NCBI GenBank assembly: GCA_964016885.1
Contig: OZ024741.1
Span: 156,426,001 to 156,490,000, forward strand
Direction of reading: 5' to 3'
DNA: 64,000 bases
From: Eledone cirrhosa
Taxonomy: Eukaryota
In this document: positions 44,524 to 57,310 of the stretch, piece after piece
Layout: each line of letters begins with the position of its first letter
How positions within the stretch are numbered: position 1 is the stretch's first letter
Program-made: the position numbers and the translations under genes
The notes under the pieces: generated by a model
Seen by the model: the letters and a program-made list of their open reading frames with translations, nothing else
Databases searched by the model: none
What the model was told of the DNA's origin: nothing

Positions 44524-45042
<519 letters not shown>

Positions 45043-45397
45043 GTGATGAAACATAAGTCAATTGCATGAACTCATAATCCTTTATTTACTGCTATATATA
45101 TTTCGATGATAACCATTGAATGGCTATGACCTCATCAGGCAATTAGTCAGTTCTTAGATATGCCGGCTCTATGTTTATAGTGTTGATGGTATCAGATCCT
45201 TGGGACATATGAGCTTGTTAGGAATAATTTAATGTTGTCAGCAGGAATAGTCTTGATTCTCATTGGTCAGTTTGTAGATGGTAGTAAGGTTGGTATTTGA
45301 CCTCAAAGAGGCAGGTGGTTTTGTAAAGTTCAAACCGTCAGGCAAGATGACAATAGTTTCATATGACTGATTTTCACAAAAGACGTTCCTGGTCAGT
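45043..45397 (-). mobile_element. Short PLE 3'-end remnant with HHR at 45089-45142
   Basis: Minus strand encodes ..ILPDGLN (PLE C-terminal PxGLN-like); TTGC-CTGATGA-GGT..ATAGCCAT/ATGGTTAT..ATC-GAAA-TATATA-TA|GCAG, then AATAAA. Confidence 0.68.
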
Positions 45398-45486
45398 ATA
45401 TATATATATGTATATACATGAAGTAATTCCTTCGGAAGGTCCAGGAAAAAAGAGTGCTCTATGTGAATTACAGAGCTTATTAGTTA

Positions 45487-45846
45487 TGTAATAAACAACA
45501 AGATAATTATTTCATTTACCAGTAGTTTCTTGAAAGTAACTAAAATTGCTTTCATTCATCAGAATGAAAAAAATCCTGGTGTCTTTATTGACAGTGGATT
45601 TGAAAAACAAAAATATAACAGATATGAAAGTGAGGCTGGAGGAAAAAAAAAAGAATATATAACAACACACACGTACACACACTCACGCACACACGCACAC
45701 ACACCCACATATATACATATATACACGCATATATACATATATATGTACCCTGAGACACATATACACACACATACACACATATATATATATATATATACAT
45801 ATCCATACATAAACACACCAACACGTATATATATATACATGCACGC

Positions 45847-45920
<74 letters not shown>

Positions 45921-46590
45921 GGTGGCTGCCAACTCATTTTCAAGTACGGCCACTACTTTATATCCATGTAGGAGAACCCCTACCGATGCGCTGAACGAGT
46001 GTGACATTTTAGTCCAGCCAGCGACTTGAAAACTCTGGTACAAACACTACACTTTTATTGACACATAATGCTGGGCCCATGGTACAATGTTGCGACAAGT
46101 GCAGAGAGATCTCCAGATATAAAGCAATGCCTGTGTCGTGAAGCTTTTATAGTGAGCAAAGGAACTGCACAAAGCCAGTCCCACTCTCTTAACCAAGATG
46201 ATATTTACCAAAAAGAAGAACAAGTCAACATCATTGGATACCATCAGAGTTGCAGGTGTTATATCAGAGTTTTCCTGATACACATACATACATACACACA
46301 CACATACATACACACATATATATACACATATGCATACGTACTCACATATAAAAGGATACATATGCACACACACAAATAAGAATAAATAATCATAGTAGGC
46401 CGTCCCATGCAAATAAGCAAATAAAAAATAAGGATTAAGAAAATAAAAAATAAAAAATATTATTAAGTTGACAGCGATACAAGACAGCAAAATTTAAAAT
46501 AAAAATAAAAATAATAAAAATAATAATAATAATAATAAATGACCAAACGCACGTGGTAAGCAAATGCACAAAAAAAACTAAATATATATA
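45487..46590 (-). repeat. Left arm of a large fold-back (right arm is 48300-48397 plus 54831-55520); HHR at 45510-45569
   Basis: 46290-46590 is the reverse complement of 48300-48375 joined to 54850-55080; TTTCATT-CTGATGA-A-TGAAAG..CTTTCA-A-GAAAC-TACTG-GTA|AATGAAA. Confidence 0.82.
45920..46238 (+). repeat. Unclassified ~320-bp repeat; longer inverted copy at about 46920-47466
   Basis: Reverse-complement match to 47141-47466; both copies start GGTGGCTGCCAACTC directly after a TA/CA tract. Confidence 0.75.
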
Positions 46591-47531
46591 TGTGTGTATG
46601 TATGGTTTTGAATGTATATGCATAATTACATACAGAGTTTTTTAATGCTTACTTTTATTGATTATTTGCTCCAGGAACTGTTGAGTGCTCTTAATCAGCT
46701 ATAAACATTTATACTTTTATTTTTATTTGTCGTATGCCCTGCTATTTGAATACCCCTTCCTTCCCTTTATTTTTATTTTGTGTATGTATGTATATATATA
46801 TGTGTATATGTATATGTATATATATGTATGTATATATATGTATATATATGTGTATTGTATACTATCAGGGTTGCAGGTGTTATATCAGAAGTTTCCTTCT
46901 CCTAGAATTCTGCCTTGACAAAGGCTAAGGGGTCATCTGTCCCGGTGATTTTGGATGACCATTGACTCTTAAGAGCTTCCTTGCCCTTTGACAGGTTTTG
47001 TTTTTAGTCCTGCAGGATGTCCAAAGTCACCCTCCTCACCAAGAAACCTTGGTGGGGTTGCCAGTTTAGTCGCCAACGACCGACCATGAGGCAGGTTGTA
47101 CTGGGATACATGTTACCAGTAGCACCAACTGGTGACCTGACCAATGATGTTGACTTGTTCTTCTTTTTGATAAATATCATCTTGGTTAAGAGAGTGGGAC
47201 TGGCTTTGTGCAGTGCCTTTGCTCACTATAAAAGCTTCACGGCACAGGCATTGCTTTATATCTGGAGATCTCTCTGCACTTGTCGTCACATGGTACCATG
47301 GGCCCAGTACTATGTGTCAGTAATTGTCACAAGTGTAGTGTTTGTACCAGAGTTTTCAAGTCGCTGGCTGGACTAAAAAGTCACGCTCGTTCAGCGCATC
47401 GGTAGGACTTCTCCTACATGGATATAAAGTAGTGGCCGTACTCGAAAAGGAGTTGGCAGCCACCATATATGTGTATATATGTATGTGTCTATATATATAT
47501 GCATAAAATTTAAAATAAATATTTATGGATT

Positions 47532-47573
<42 letters not shown>

Positions 47574-47762
47574 GTGTATATGTGTGTATGTATATGTGTA
47601 TATATATATGTGTATATGTGTGCATTTATGTATATATATATATATGTGTGTGTAGGTGTGTATATGTGTGTATATATGTATATATACACACATGTACACA
47701 CATATGTTGATTTTACACTTCACTGCTCGCAAGTGTTTTTTAAGCTTCATATCATGTCTGCC

Positions 47763-47833
47763 TATTTTATCTGATGAAAACGCAAATATCATCCCATGAT
47801 GATATTTGATTTTGAAATGCGCATAATAAAATA
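47763..47833 (+). ncRNA. Type-I HHR, very well formed
   Basis: TATTTTAT-CTGATGA-AAA..CAAATATCATC CCAT GATGATATTTG..TTT-GAAA-TGCGCA-TA|ATAAAATA; 8-bp stem I and 11-bp stem II. Confidence 0.82.
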
Positions 47834-47901
47834 CTTGGAACTCTTTTAATCATCTTTTGATCTTATATTATTATATTATGTATATATATGTATATGTATT
47901 T

Positions 47902-47995
<94 letters not shown>

Positions 47996-48354
47996 ACGTG
48001 CGTATGTATGTACTTATGCGTATGTGTGTATGTAACTTTATAGTTTTATATTCGTGTTTTTATCTTTAATAAATGTTTACACTATATGTGTGTATGTGTG
48101 TATGTACACATATATATATATGCGTGTGTATATATATATATATGTATATATTTAGACTTGTTCTATGTGTGACGGTATTTTAACGATAGTTATAGCTCTG
48201 ATTTATCTGAATTATTGAGCCCTCTGCCGCTCATATCGAAATTTGTTTATCGTGAATTCGTGCGCCGATTTTTCGATACTCGATTATTCTACTATATTTA
48301 TATATATATATATTTAGTTTTTTTTGTGCATTTCCTTACCACGTGCGTTTGGTC

Positions 48355-48397
<43 letters not shown>

Positions 48398-48912
48398 TTC
48401 CTCTGTCTGGTGGCAGTTGCGAAAGAGATTATATGGTGGACCAGGTTGAAAGGACTAAAGACAGACACTTTTCTCTTCGGCCAATCCCTCATCAACTTCT
48501 ACAAGTTTCACCTGGAAAGGAAGGTGAGGGTGGAGAGAGAAGTGCTGCCCCCCCCCCCCCCCCCCAGTAATTTGTTAAAAGGTGGGTGAATGTGGCGAGA
48601 ATGGCTCGTGTGAATGGGCCTACTCTGAACATGCGCCTATAGGCTAGCTAACTTGAGGAGAGGGGGTGCTCTCCCTGGGTGCCCTAGAAGCGCAGGGTGG
48701 TTCAGGATTGGTGGGGTACCTGAAGCACCCCAGGGTCGTACACCCCCATCGGGGAATTTATTTTGTTATATTTATACATAGTTTATTTTATATTTTTATA
48801 TTTTCATTGTTAAATTATTGTGCACTTTTACTCCACCTTATTGTAAACCCCCACTGTCCCTGTCTATGTATTGTCCCCTACATGTCGGTCCTGGTGGCTA
48901 ATAAATGAAATC
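48398..48912 (+). mobile_element. 3' fragment of Tx1/L1-clade LINE between (ATT)n tracts
   Basis: FLCLVAVAKEIIWWTRLKGLK..ERKVRVERE matches 54346-54580; ends AATAAATGAAATC|(ATT)8. Confidence 0.85.
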
Positions 48913-49152
48913 ATTATTATTATTATTATTATTATTGAATGCCATGGTTGACGGAGGCTCGGCTCTGTAAGGTATAGTAATTTTTAACCGCTATAACAAT
49001 TGTAAATTGTTTAAAACTTGAACCAAATTGTAGATAAAAACACCCCCCTCCGCGTGAGAGGGGTCTTTCTGCCCGTTATTTGGCCCTTCGGGGTTAAATA
49101 TCCGCTTATTGGGGTTTTGTGCCCAATATTCATTTTAAACCGTAAAAAAAAC

Positions 49153-49527
49153 ATGGCTACACAAAAGAATTTTCACAAGTCACTCCCACTCATTCCGTCT
49201 TCTTCTTCCTCAATCGTCACTACATCAGAGAGAAGATTGTCTCTCTCCCTCCCTTCTCTAAATGTGGTGTCGCCCCTTTCGCAAGCGACGCCATTAAAGA
49301 AGAAGAAAAATATAGTTTCTGGTAGCTTTCACCAAGAGAACGTGCATTCCGTGGAACATTTCTCCATGACGACGACAACGACGAAAAATGTATGCGGTAA
49401 ATACGGAAAGCCATTTCATTCGTCTGACGTCATGAAGAATAGCAGCAGCAGCCGTAATAACAGCAGGAGCAGCAACAGTGACAAGGAAAACACTAGTAGG
49501 AGCCGCAACAACATCAGCAGCAGAGTA

Positions 49528-49558
<31 letters not shown>

Positions 49559-51296
49559 ACAACAACAGCAGCAGCAGCAGCAACAACAACAACAACCACA
49601 GCAACAGCGGCGGCGGCGGTCGAAGTACCAGCAGCAACAACAAAAGTAACAGCAGCTCTGGCGACAACAGCAACAAGAAAGAAAAACCAATCTCGTTTGC
49701 AGGTATCGCAAAGAACCTGGAAACCATCCTTATGACAAATGAGGAATTACAGGAAGCAAAGAAGATGGTGACGAAAACCGGACACCGAGCAATCTGCAAG
49801 GCAGCCGAAACATTTTTCGAAACCCACCAGCACTGTACGGTCACGTACCGTACAGTAAGCACAAAATCACGTAGGGTTGAAAGAGCCACAGAGGCTCAAA
49901 TACAAAAAGTCTTAGGGTCTGTGTGGCAGCGGAAAACGCATATCACCCGAGTCAAGAAATATGCCACCGTGGACGTGCTTTTTGCCACACCCCAGGAGGC
50001 AAAGGCTCAATCCTTAGTGACGTAAGGAGCGAGGAAATGGTGTTGGTGCCCTCCTACTGCGGGCAAAAAATTGTGAGGGTCAAACTTACCGACGTTCTCC
50101 CCGGGATGGCCACTTCTTGGCTGGCTGCGTCTGTCCTCGTCGGAATCGAGGACAAAACAACTGTACTGCAAGTACAGAAAAGAGTACGAGAAGATTGGGT
50201 AGGCACCTCCATTGAGATGTTAATTCAAACCAACCAGGAGTGCATCGAAGCTATCCCGGATGTGATAGACTTCGATAACGGCACTCAACTGCCCATAAAT
50301 ATTTCGGGCAAACGCCCGAAATGCTTTCGCTGTGGGTCGCAGACTCACCTCAGGGCCTTCTGCAATGAGAAGACCATGACAAAGGAGAAAACCCCCCTCC
50401 TTCCGTAACCGGCTCCACTGCTACCAGGAACAGGACAGGCGGAAAGCAGGAAGGATAGGTCCGTGGCACCCATACCCACGCCACGGAAATCAAGAACAGC
50501 AGCAGCAGTGGAAGTATTAACAACAACAACAGTAATACCAACTGCAGCTGCAACAGAGACTCCACTGCAACCATCACCAACAAGAACAAGTGAAATAGTG
50601 GAGCTGGAACCCCTCCCCGACCTCACAGAATCGGACATGGAGTGTGAGGTTGGAGAGGGAAGGCAAAAGGTCGCAAGAAGGCACAAACGCAGAAGCAGCG
50701 CATCGTCGCCTTCGAAAAGGGAGGGAAGAAATAAAAAAAGGATAAAGGCTACTGCAACGGACTTACAGCAGCAACACAACCAACACCATCACCACCCACA
50801 CTAGCACCACCATCACCACCGGCGGCAACCCCACCCCCAACAACAACAACACCTTCAACACCACCACCACAATCACCAACATCGCAAACACAACAGCAAA
50901 ACACACACACCCAGCAACAACGACAAGAAAATAGCAGAACCCTACCCCACCACCAGAAAAAAGAAATACACAGCAATAAATACACACAAGAAACTAATGA
51001 CTTATATAATTGAACACACAGACATTTCACAGCACGACTACATAATACCAGCACCTATCAAAACACCAACGAACATAAGACTGGTAAGAATAGCACAGAA
51101 ACAATACAGAAACATTAAAATAAAATTCCCCAAAGCAGTTGGTGATTTCAGAGACCTAGGAGGGACACTCAACCGGAGAGTATATTCGGATATACTCACA
51201 GAAGAGCCGACGACCAGCCGAAGGGACGATTCAACGGTCCCTTCACCAGACGATCAAGTGGAAAGGGATGGAGAAACCATCCTTCCTCTACGATAA
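49153..51296 (+). pseudogene. LINE ORF1 (frameshifted) with Ser/Asn tract, CCHC knuckle and Pro/Thr/Gln-rich tail
   Basis: CFRCGSQTHLRAFC (CX2CX4HX4C); fragments 49018..50025, 49923..50408, 50463..50804 and 50997..51296. Confidence 0.75.
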
Positions 51297-51339
51297 GTAA
51301 GGTAAGTGGTCTTTCCCATCTTTACCACTCCATTTCAAC

Positions 51340-54300
51340 ATGACCTCACTTAGAATAGGCAGCATAAATGCGCGTGGCTTGGGGTCGTCATGGAAGCAGG
51401 GCCACCTGCTCAACGACCTCAGATCACTAAACGTAGATGTAGTGGCCATCAGCAAGACCAGAATCTCCGAAGCACGGGCCTTCGCACCGATCTTCGGCGG
51501 CTACGAAATGTACGCATCTCCCAGCCGTCCGGGATCAGTGGGAGGAGTTGCTGTGCTTTTTCAGAGAGGTTTGGATCTCGCCATACAGGCCATCTTCCTG
51601 GACCCAGAAGGTAAGTTGGTGGTGCTGGACATGACCAGCGGAGACGAGCAAGCTTTCAGGCTAGTGGCCGTCTATGCCCTGACAGAAGCAGGGCGGCCTG
51701 ATTTCTTCCGGCGTCTTGAGACCTTTCTAGGAACGTCCCGCTTTTTAGTGTTAGTGAGCGACTGGAACAGGATCTTAGATGCACGCTGGGACTGTGTGGG
51801 ATTAGCGGCTATGGGAGGAGGGTGCAAGAGCCTCACCAGCCTGCTCAGGCGTTTTGAACTGTCTGACAGATACCGATTGGATTTCCAGAATGTGCCAATG
51901 GGGACTTGGACAAACCGCATAAGGTCATCCAGATCATATCTAGATAGAGTATTTTGTAGGGAAATATATAGGTCTAGCATAGGCTGTCCACAATTCAAGA
52001 TAGTCAGTTACACGGACCACAACTCCGTGATCTGTGTGCTTGACTTAGATAGGCTTCATGGACGAGGACCCGGCTACTGGAAGCTAAACGCGTCCTTACC
52101 AGCGCGCAAGGCCTACAGAGACCGGAATAGCGAACTAGTTAAGCGAGCGTTGACGGGGGCCATCGTCAACAACAAGTGGTGGTTTGCTCTGAAAAGAGCG
52201 ATTAGAATAGAGTCCATTAGGTTTAGTAAGAGAAAAATAGAGAAAAATAGAGCAGAGGGAGAACTAGTTAGAAATTTAGACAAGGCGCTTAGCAAAGTCA
52301 TCGCGACCGACGTACTTGGTGCGAAATTTGCCCTTGACCAATTTTTCAATGCAAAGCACGAAGGCTGCGTTGTCAGAGCTAGGGTGCGTGCTTTCAGACA
52401 CAAGGGGACGAAAGCCATTCAATGGGTCCGAGTGGCGGAGGCACGTCGTGGCAACAAAGCCACGATCCGGTCTTTGGTGGACCACGACGGGCGCATGCTA
52501 CTCGATCCCGGGCAAATGTGTGAAGCTTTTCAGCGACACTTCGCTCAGCTGTTCGGAGGCAGCGGCGGGCCGGATCGAGGGATGGACTTTAGTGTCTACC
52601 TCGACGGACTGCCGCGGCTCTCGGCCACTGAGGCGGAGTGTTGCGAAAAACCGATAACAGCCGCTGAAGTACAGGAGTCAATGTCTGGCTGCACAATGGT
52701 TAAATCGCCTGGTTTGGATGGTCTGCCCTATGAACTTTACGTACAGATGCCAGACGTGTTCGGAGGCCTCTTGGCGGACGTCTACTGCAACTGGCAACAG
52801 AACGGGAGAATTCCCAGCTCTGTGAGCCGAGGAGCGGTGGCGCTGCTGAGAAAGGATCCGAACAAGGGGGATAACGTAGATAATTTCAGGCCCATAACTC
52901 TGCTAAACACAGAGTTCGAGATTTTGGCCAAGGCGCTAGCAAAGAGGTTGGCGCTTGTCGTTGGTGGTCTGGTAGGAGAGGCGCAGACATGCGCCATTCC
53001 CGACAGATCCATCCACGACAACCTCCACCTCATGCGATACATCGTAGAGAGGGTAGCTAGGGAATCTGGCACGGGTGGGTCCTTGATCAATTTAGATCAG
53101 TCGAAAGCTTTCGATAGGGTTGACCATCGTTACCTAGCGGCAGTCCTGAAGGCGGCTGGCTTTCGGCTCGTCTTCAGAGGCTGGATCGCTGCCATGCACA
53201 GCGACATCTGCTCTGTGGTGAGAGTGAACGGTCACCTTTCGGAACCGTTCAACATCATGCGCTCGGTCCGCCAAGGATGTCCCCTCCCGTCACTATTGTA
53301 CGTATTGACTCTCGAGCCATTACTGCACAAACTGGAGACGTTGAGGGGGTCCCGCGCGAACTAGGATGCGGAAGATCCGTGTCAGCATATGCGGACGATG
53401 TCACCGTAGTGGTGTCGAACGCCAGACACTTCGACGCGATCGGCACTACACTAAGAGAATACGAAGCGGTGATAGGAGCAGGAAAAGTCTGTGGGCCTGC
53501 AGCGCGGCACCTGGAGAGGCAGGTCCATGCCGTCTAACAGCTTCGTCGGGCGGTGGACAGACGGACCGGTTAAATTGCTAGCGGTCTGGTTAGGTTCGGA
53601 CCTCCAGACGGACAAAAACTGGGACGAGGTGACGAGCAGGGTGGCTTCTCTCACCCAGAAATGGGCGGAGAGGAAGCTAACCCTGAAAGGTCGAGCGGAG
53701 GTGGCTAACGCGTACATCGCGTCCGTCATCTACTACCGTCTGTCCGTCGTACCTTGTCCTAGCCCCGCCTGACTGTGCTGGAGCGTTTGCTCTTTCACTT
53801 TTTGTGGAAGGGACGCGCTCCGGTGGTCAGGCGGTCCATCTGCTGTCAACACCCACTACGTGGAGAGCTGGGCATGCCGTGGCTTATGATGCGCAGACAC
53901 GCGCTCAGGCTACGACATCTCCACCTCTTCATCTGCGGTGATCAGGTGGGGTCGCCGTTTGCTAGACGCGTCTTTCTCCAGCTCGTCTCCTTGACGGAAA
54001 TGCAGTCCTGGGTCAAGCGAAGACCGAGAGGGAGCGCTTGGATACTGGAATGTCTTCAGGCGCTCACAGCCCTCGACCAATCGGGTAATGTGATCGGTGG
54101 AAACTCCACCTCGGAGTTCTATAGAGGATTAGTGGAGGAGAAGAGCGACGACGTACTTGGGAAACTCTAGGCGTCGACGGAAATCAACTAGCCAATCTCT
54201 TCGGAAGAACTTTCGGGCCGGTGCCTATGGACATCTTCCAGAAATCCCTGGCCTGGCAGTGCTACCGAGGACGGATCCGGCTATCATCTGAGTCCATCGT

Positions 54301-54585
54301 GAGGATTGCCCCGCCCTCTTCCTTTAGCCGGGAAGGGCAGGCAGTTTTTATCAGTCTGGTGGCAATGGCGAAAGTGATAGTATGGTGGACACGTTTGAAA
54401 GGGCTGAAGACGAGCACGTACCTCTTCGGTGATGCCCTGATTAACTTTTTCACATTTCATTTGAAAAGGAAAATCAGGGTAGAGAGGGAAGTGCTCTCTT
54501 CCCAGCATCTTGTTGAAAGAGTGTTGAGAGAGACCAGAATGGCCAGAGTGAATGGGCCTACTCTGAGTATGTGTCTGCAAATGAA
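51340..54585 (+). pseudogene. LINE ORF2 (APE endonuclease plus RT), disrupted after 53364
   Basis: SINARGL, SYLDRVF, TDH, GYWKLN, KSPGLDGLPYE, FRPITLLN, LDQSKAFDRVDH, VRQGCP, AYADD (shifted frame). Confidence 0.92.
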
Positions 54586-55442
54586 ATGTGGAAAACTGGG
54601 AAGGGGACTTGCCCTGGTGGTCAGGGTCACTGTGGCTTTTTAATGGGCTTTCTCCACGAATGTCCCTCGGAAGTCTCCCCACATTGGGGAATTTTTCAAT
54701 GTTATTCTTTTGTTACATCCTCTGTTTTTGTTTTTTTACACGCAGAAATGCTCATTTGTACCGTCCTGTATTGTCATGTACTGTCCTTAATGTCTACTTT
54801 ATGTAAACCCTTGTGGTTAATAAAGAAAGCATTATTATTATTATTATTCTTTTTATTCTTTTTATTTTTATTATAAATTTTGTCGTCTTTTATCGCTGTC
54901 AACTTAATAATATTTTTTATTTTTTATTTTCTTAATCCTTATTTTTTATTTGCTTATTTGTAAGTGACGGCCTACTATGATTATTTATTCTTATTTGTGT
55001 GTGTGCATATGTATCCTTTTATATGTGAGTACGTATGCATATGTATATATATATGTGTATGTATGTGTGTGTGTATGTATGTATGTGTATGTGTATATAT
55101 ATGTATATATATATGTATGTGTGTGCATGTATATATATATATATATATATATGTGTATATATATATGTTGGTATGTTTATGTATGGATATGTATATATAT
55201 ATATATGTATATGAGTGTGTATATGTGTCTGTATATATATATGTGTATATATATGTGTATATATGCGTGTATATATGTATATATATATGTATATATCTGT
55301 GTATATGTGAGTGTGTATGCGTGTGTGCGTGAGTGTATGTACGTGTGTGTTATATATTCTTATTTATTATTTCCCCCCCCCCCCTCCTCCTTTTTTCCTC
55401 CGACCTCACTTTGATATCTGTTATATTTTTGTTTTTCAAATG

Positions 55443-55495
55443 CTGATGAATGAAAGCAATTTTGGTTGCTTTCAAGAAACCACTGGTAAATGAAA
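55443..55495 (+). ncRNA. HHR, mirror of 45510-45569 (5' strand of stem I lost by deletion)
   Basis: CTGATGA-A-TGAAAGCAAT TTTG GTTGCTTTCA-A-GAAAC-CACTG-GTA|AATGAAA. Confidence 0.62.
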
Positions 55496-55520
55496 TAATT
55501 ATCTTATGTTGTTTATTACA

Positions 55521-55552
<32 letters not shown>

Positions 55553-56049
55553 CATATAGTTATGTATATACATATATATAAGTGCATTCTGATATTCCTG
55601 CCTTTTAGTTAGTTAGTGTTGTTTTTGTGAGATTTATAATTTGACTAATCCTTCTATACACACATTTGTACATTTTCAATGTAAACATAGATTGGTATAA
55701 CTAACCTCAATCAATAGTTTGCAATTATCAAACTCGTTTACCCCGTATTGATGGCATTTCTTATACGCCTCTATTCTGAATCACGCTGTGTTGGTGTTAC
55801 CGTTAATTAATACAAGTCCCACAATCTCACACGTTAAGCAAATATTCCATAATGTAAAAGCAGTATTATTCTCTCCGTAATTGAACATCAGTGGCGATGG
55901 ATGAACGTTTACGCAAAGATATGTGTTATTTATTAGCTGAAACACTTCTTGTGACGCTAAACTCAGCCAGTTTTAGACAGCTCATTAACATGTGATATCT
56001 CTCTCCACAAAGTTCGATCACCAGCAGCAGAGTCAAAAGAGCAAAGATG

Positions 56050-56400
56050 AAATCCAGTCCATGAATTGACATTGTCAAGTCATCGTTTTGGCTGCCGGCC
56101 TCTGCTTCTCCTACCAGCCAACCTTCCTTCCAGGCATAACCTACTCATACCACGAGTTGAATTTTTATATGGCCATATAAGTTGAGTGCTCTTGACTTGA
56201 CAATTGATGTAATTGGTCTAAGTTTGGTAATGCTGAGCAGCTCACTAATACAGATACAGTCGCTGAGCTGCTTGCCAGTCATAAGTCTCATGGTGTGGTT
56301 CTGGAATGTAGAGAGCTTTTTGAAGTGACCTTGTCGTCCAATTAACACTGTCAAGTCCACATAACACATCGTAATTCGTAATAGAGGTGAATATGGAAGT
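56050..56400 (-). mobile_element. Degraded RTE-like LINE 3' remnant
   Basis: KKLSTFQNHTMRLMTG..IVKSRALNLYGHIK resembles the post-RT region of RTE elements. Confidence 0.55.
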
Positions 56401-56776
56401 ATATACAATATTTTTTATACATAATAAAAATACACAGCCTCACTGAATATTTTAAGCTGTGTTCATATCTCAGCCGTCTCAGTAACAGTGTGAGAATACC
56501 AAATACTAGTTATTTCAAAATTGTTTAATCATTAAAGTCTCTTTTACACAACACTGCAAAATATTTATTTCGGAGCTCTACCAGTTCTGCCTATCCATCG
56601 TTTTAATTCTACCTTGCGTTTTTGATAAAGAAAATAAAAACTTCTCGGAAAGGTGTAAAAGTTTACCCAAATTACTAAAATGATTGACAACAGTACTCTA
56701 GTATGGCAGCCTCCATAGACTGAAAACAGTAGAATGAATAAAAGAATAGAATAAGAATGAAATAATGTTATTGCAA

Positions 56777-57310
56777 TGCGCGTGGCGTGGTAGGTAAGGT
56801 GTTCTGAACACGATCGAAAAGTTATGAGTCGAATTCACAGACTAGGTGGTACGTTGTATCTTTCAGCATGACATTATTTCACGTTAGTCCAGTAATGTAC
56901 TGGGTAATTGCTGACCTTGTGCCAAAAGTAGAAACAATTATTTCACGTTAGTCCAATGTAGTTGTACCTGTAATTCAAAAGAGTAGACTTGTCTGGCCGC
57001 GCTGAATCTCCCTAAGACTTACGTCTGTGGAATGGCATCTTGGACAAGTGTCATTTACACTAGTCTCCGGTTGATCGCCTTGTGAGTGAAATTTGATAGG
57101 AGGAAATTGTTTAAAAGTTTGTTGGAAGGATTGTACCTGTAATTCAAACGTTCAGCCTTGTCACACAATAAGTCACTCTGAAACTCCCTAAGAATTACGT
57201 TCAGGGAACACGTCTCAGTGGAATGAGCAGCCACTATACTTTAATTTTCTTTACAGGCTGTTTTATTAATCGAAAAATAGGAACACTCATTGGTGAAACC
57301 GACGGAGATC
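56777..57310 (+). mobile_element. Cluster of degenerate SINE pieces
   Basis: Decayed tRNA-like head (56777-56890) similar to 16133-16250; repeated TGTACCTGTAATTCAAA body at about 56963 and 57132, inverted relative at about 58440-58560. Confidence 0.5.

Larger units (their letters stand above)
39700..44527 (+). mobile_element. Penelope-like element PLE-2 with partial-tandem pseudo-LTRs (period 4117 bp)
   Basis: 39700-40410 repeats at 43817-44527; the 3' end runs ~84 nt into the next ORF start and joins (TA)n. Confidence 0.95.
48937..54830 (+). mobile_element. Near-full-length, disabled Tx1/L1-clade LINE
   Basis: ORF1 with zinc knuckle, ORF2 with APE and RT, 3' AATAAA at 54819, (ATT)n on both sides. 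Confidence 0.92.

Noticed and set aside
45921-46000. Possible HDV-like ribozyme (G-U-closed P1 GGTGGCTG/CGGCCACT)
   Set aside because: No room for the P2 5' strand and no P1.1 GG after P1
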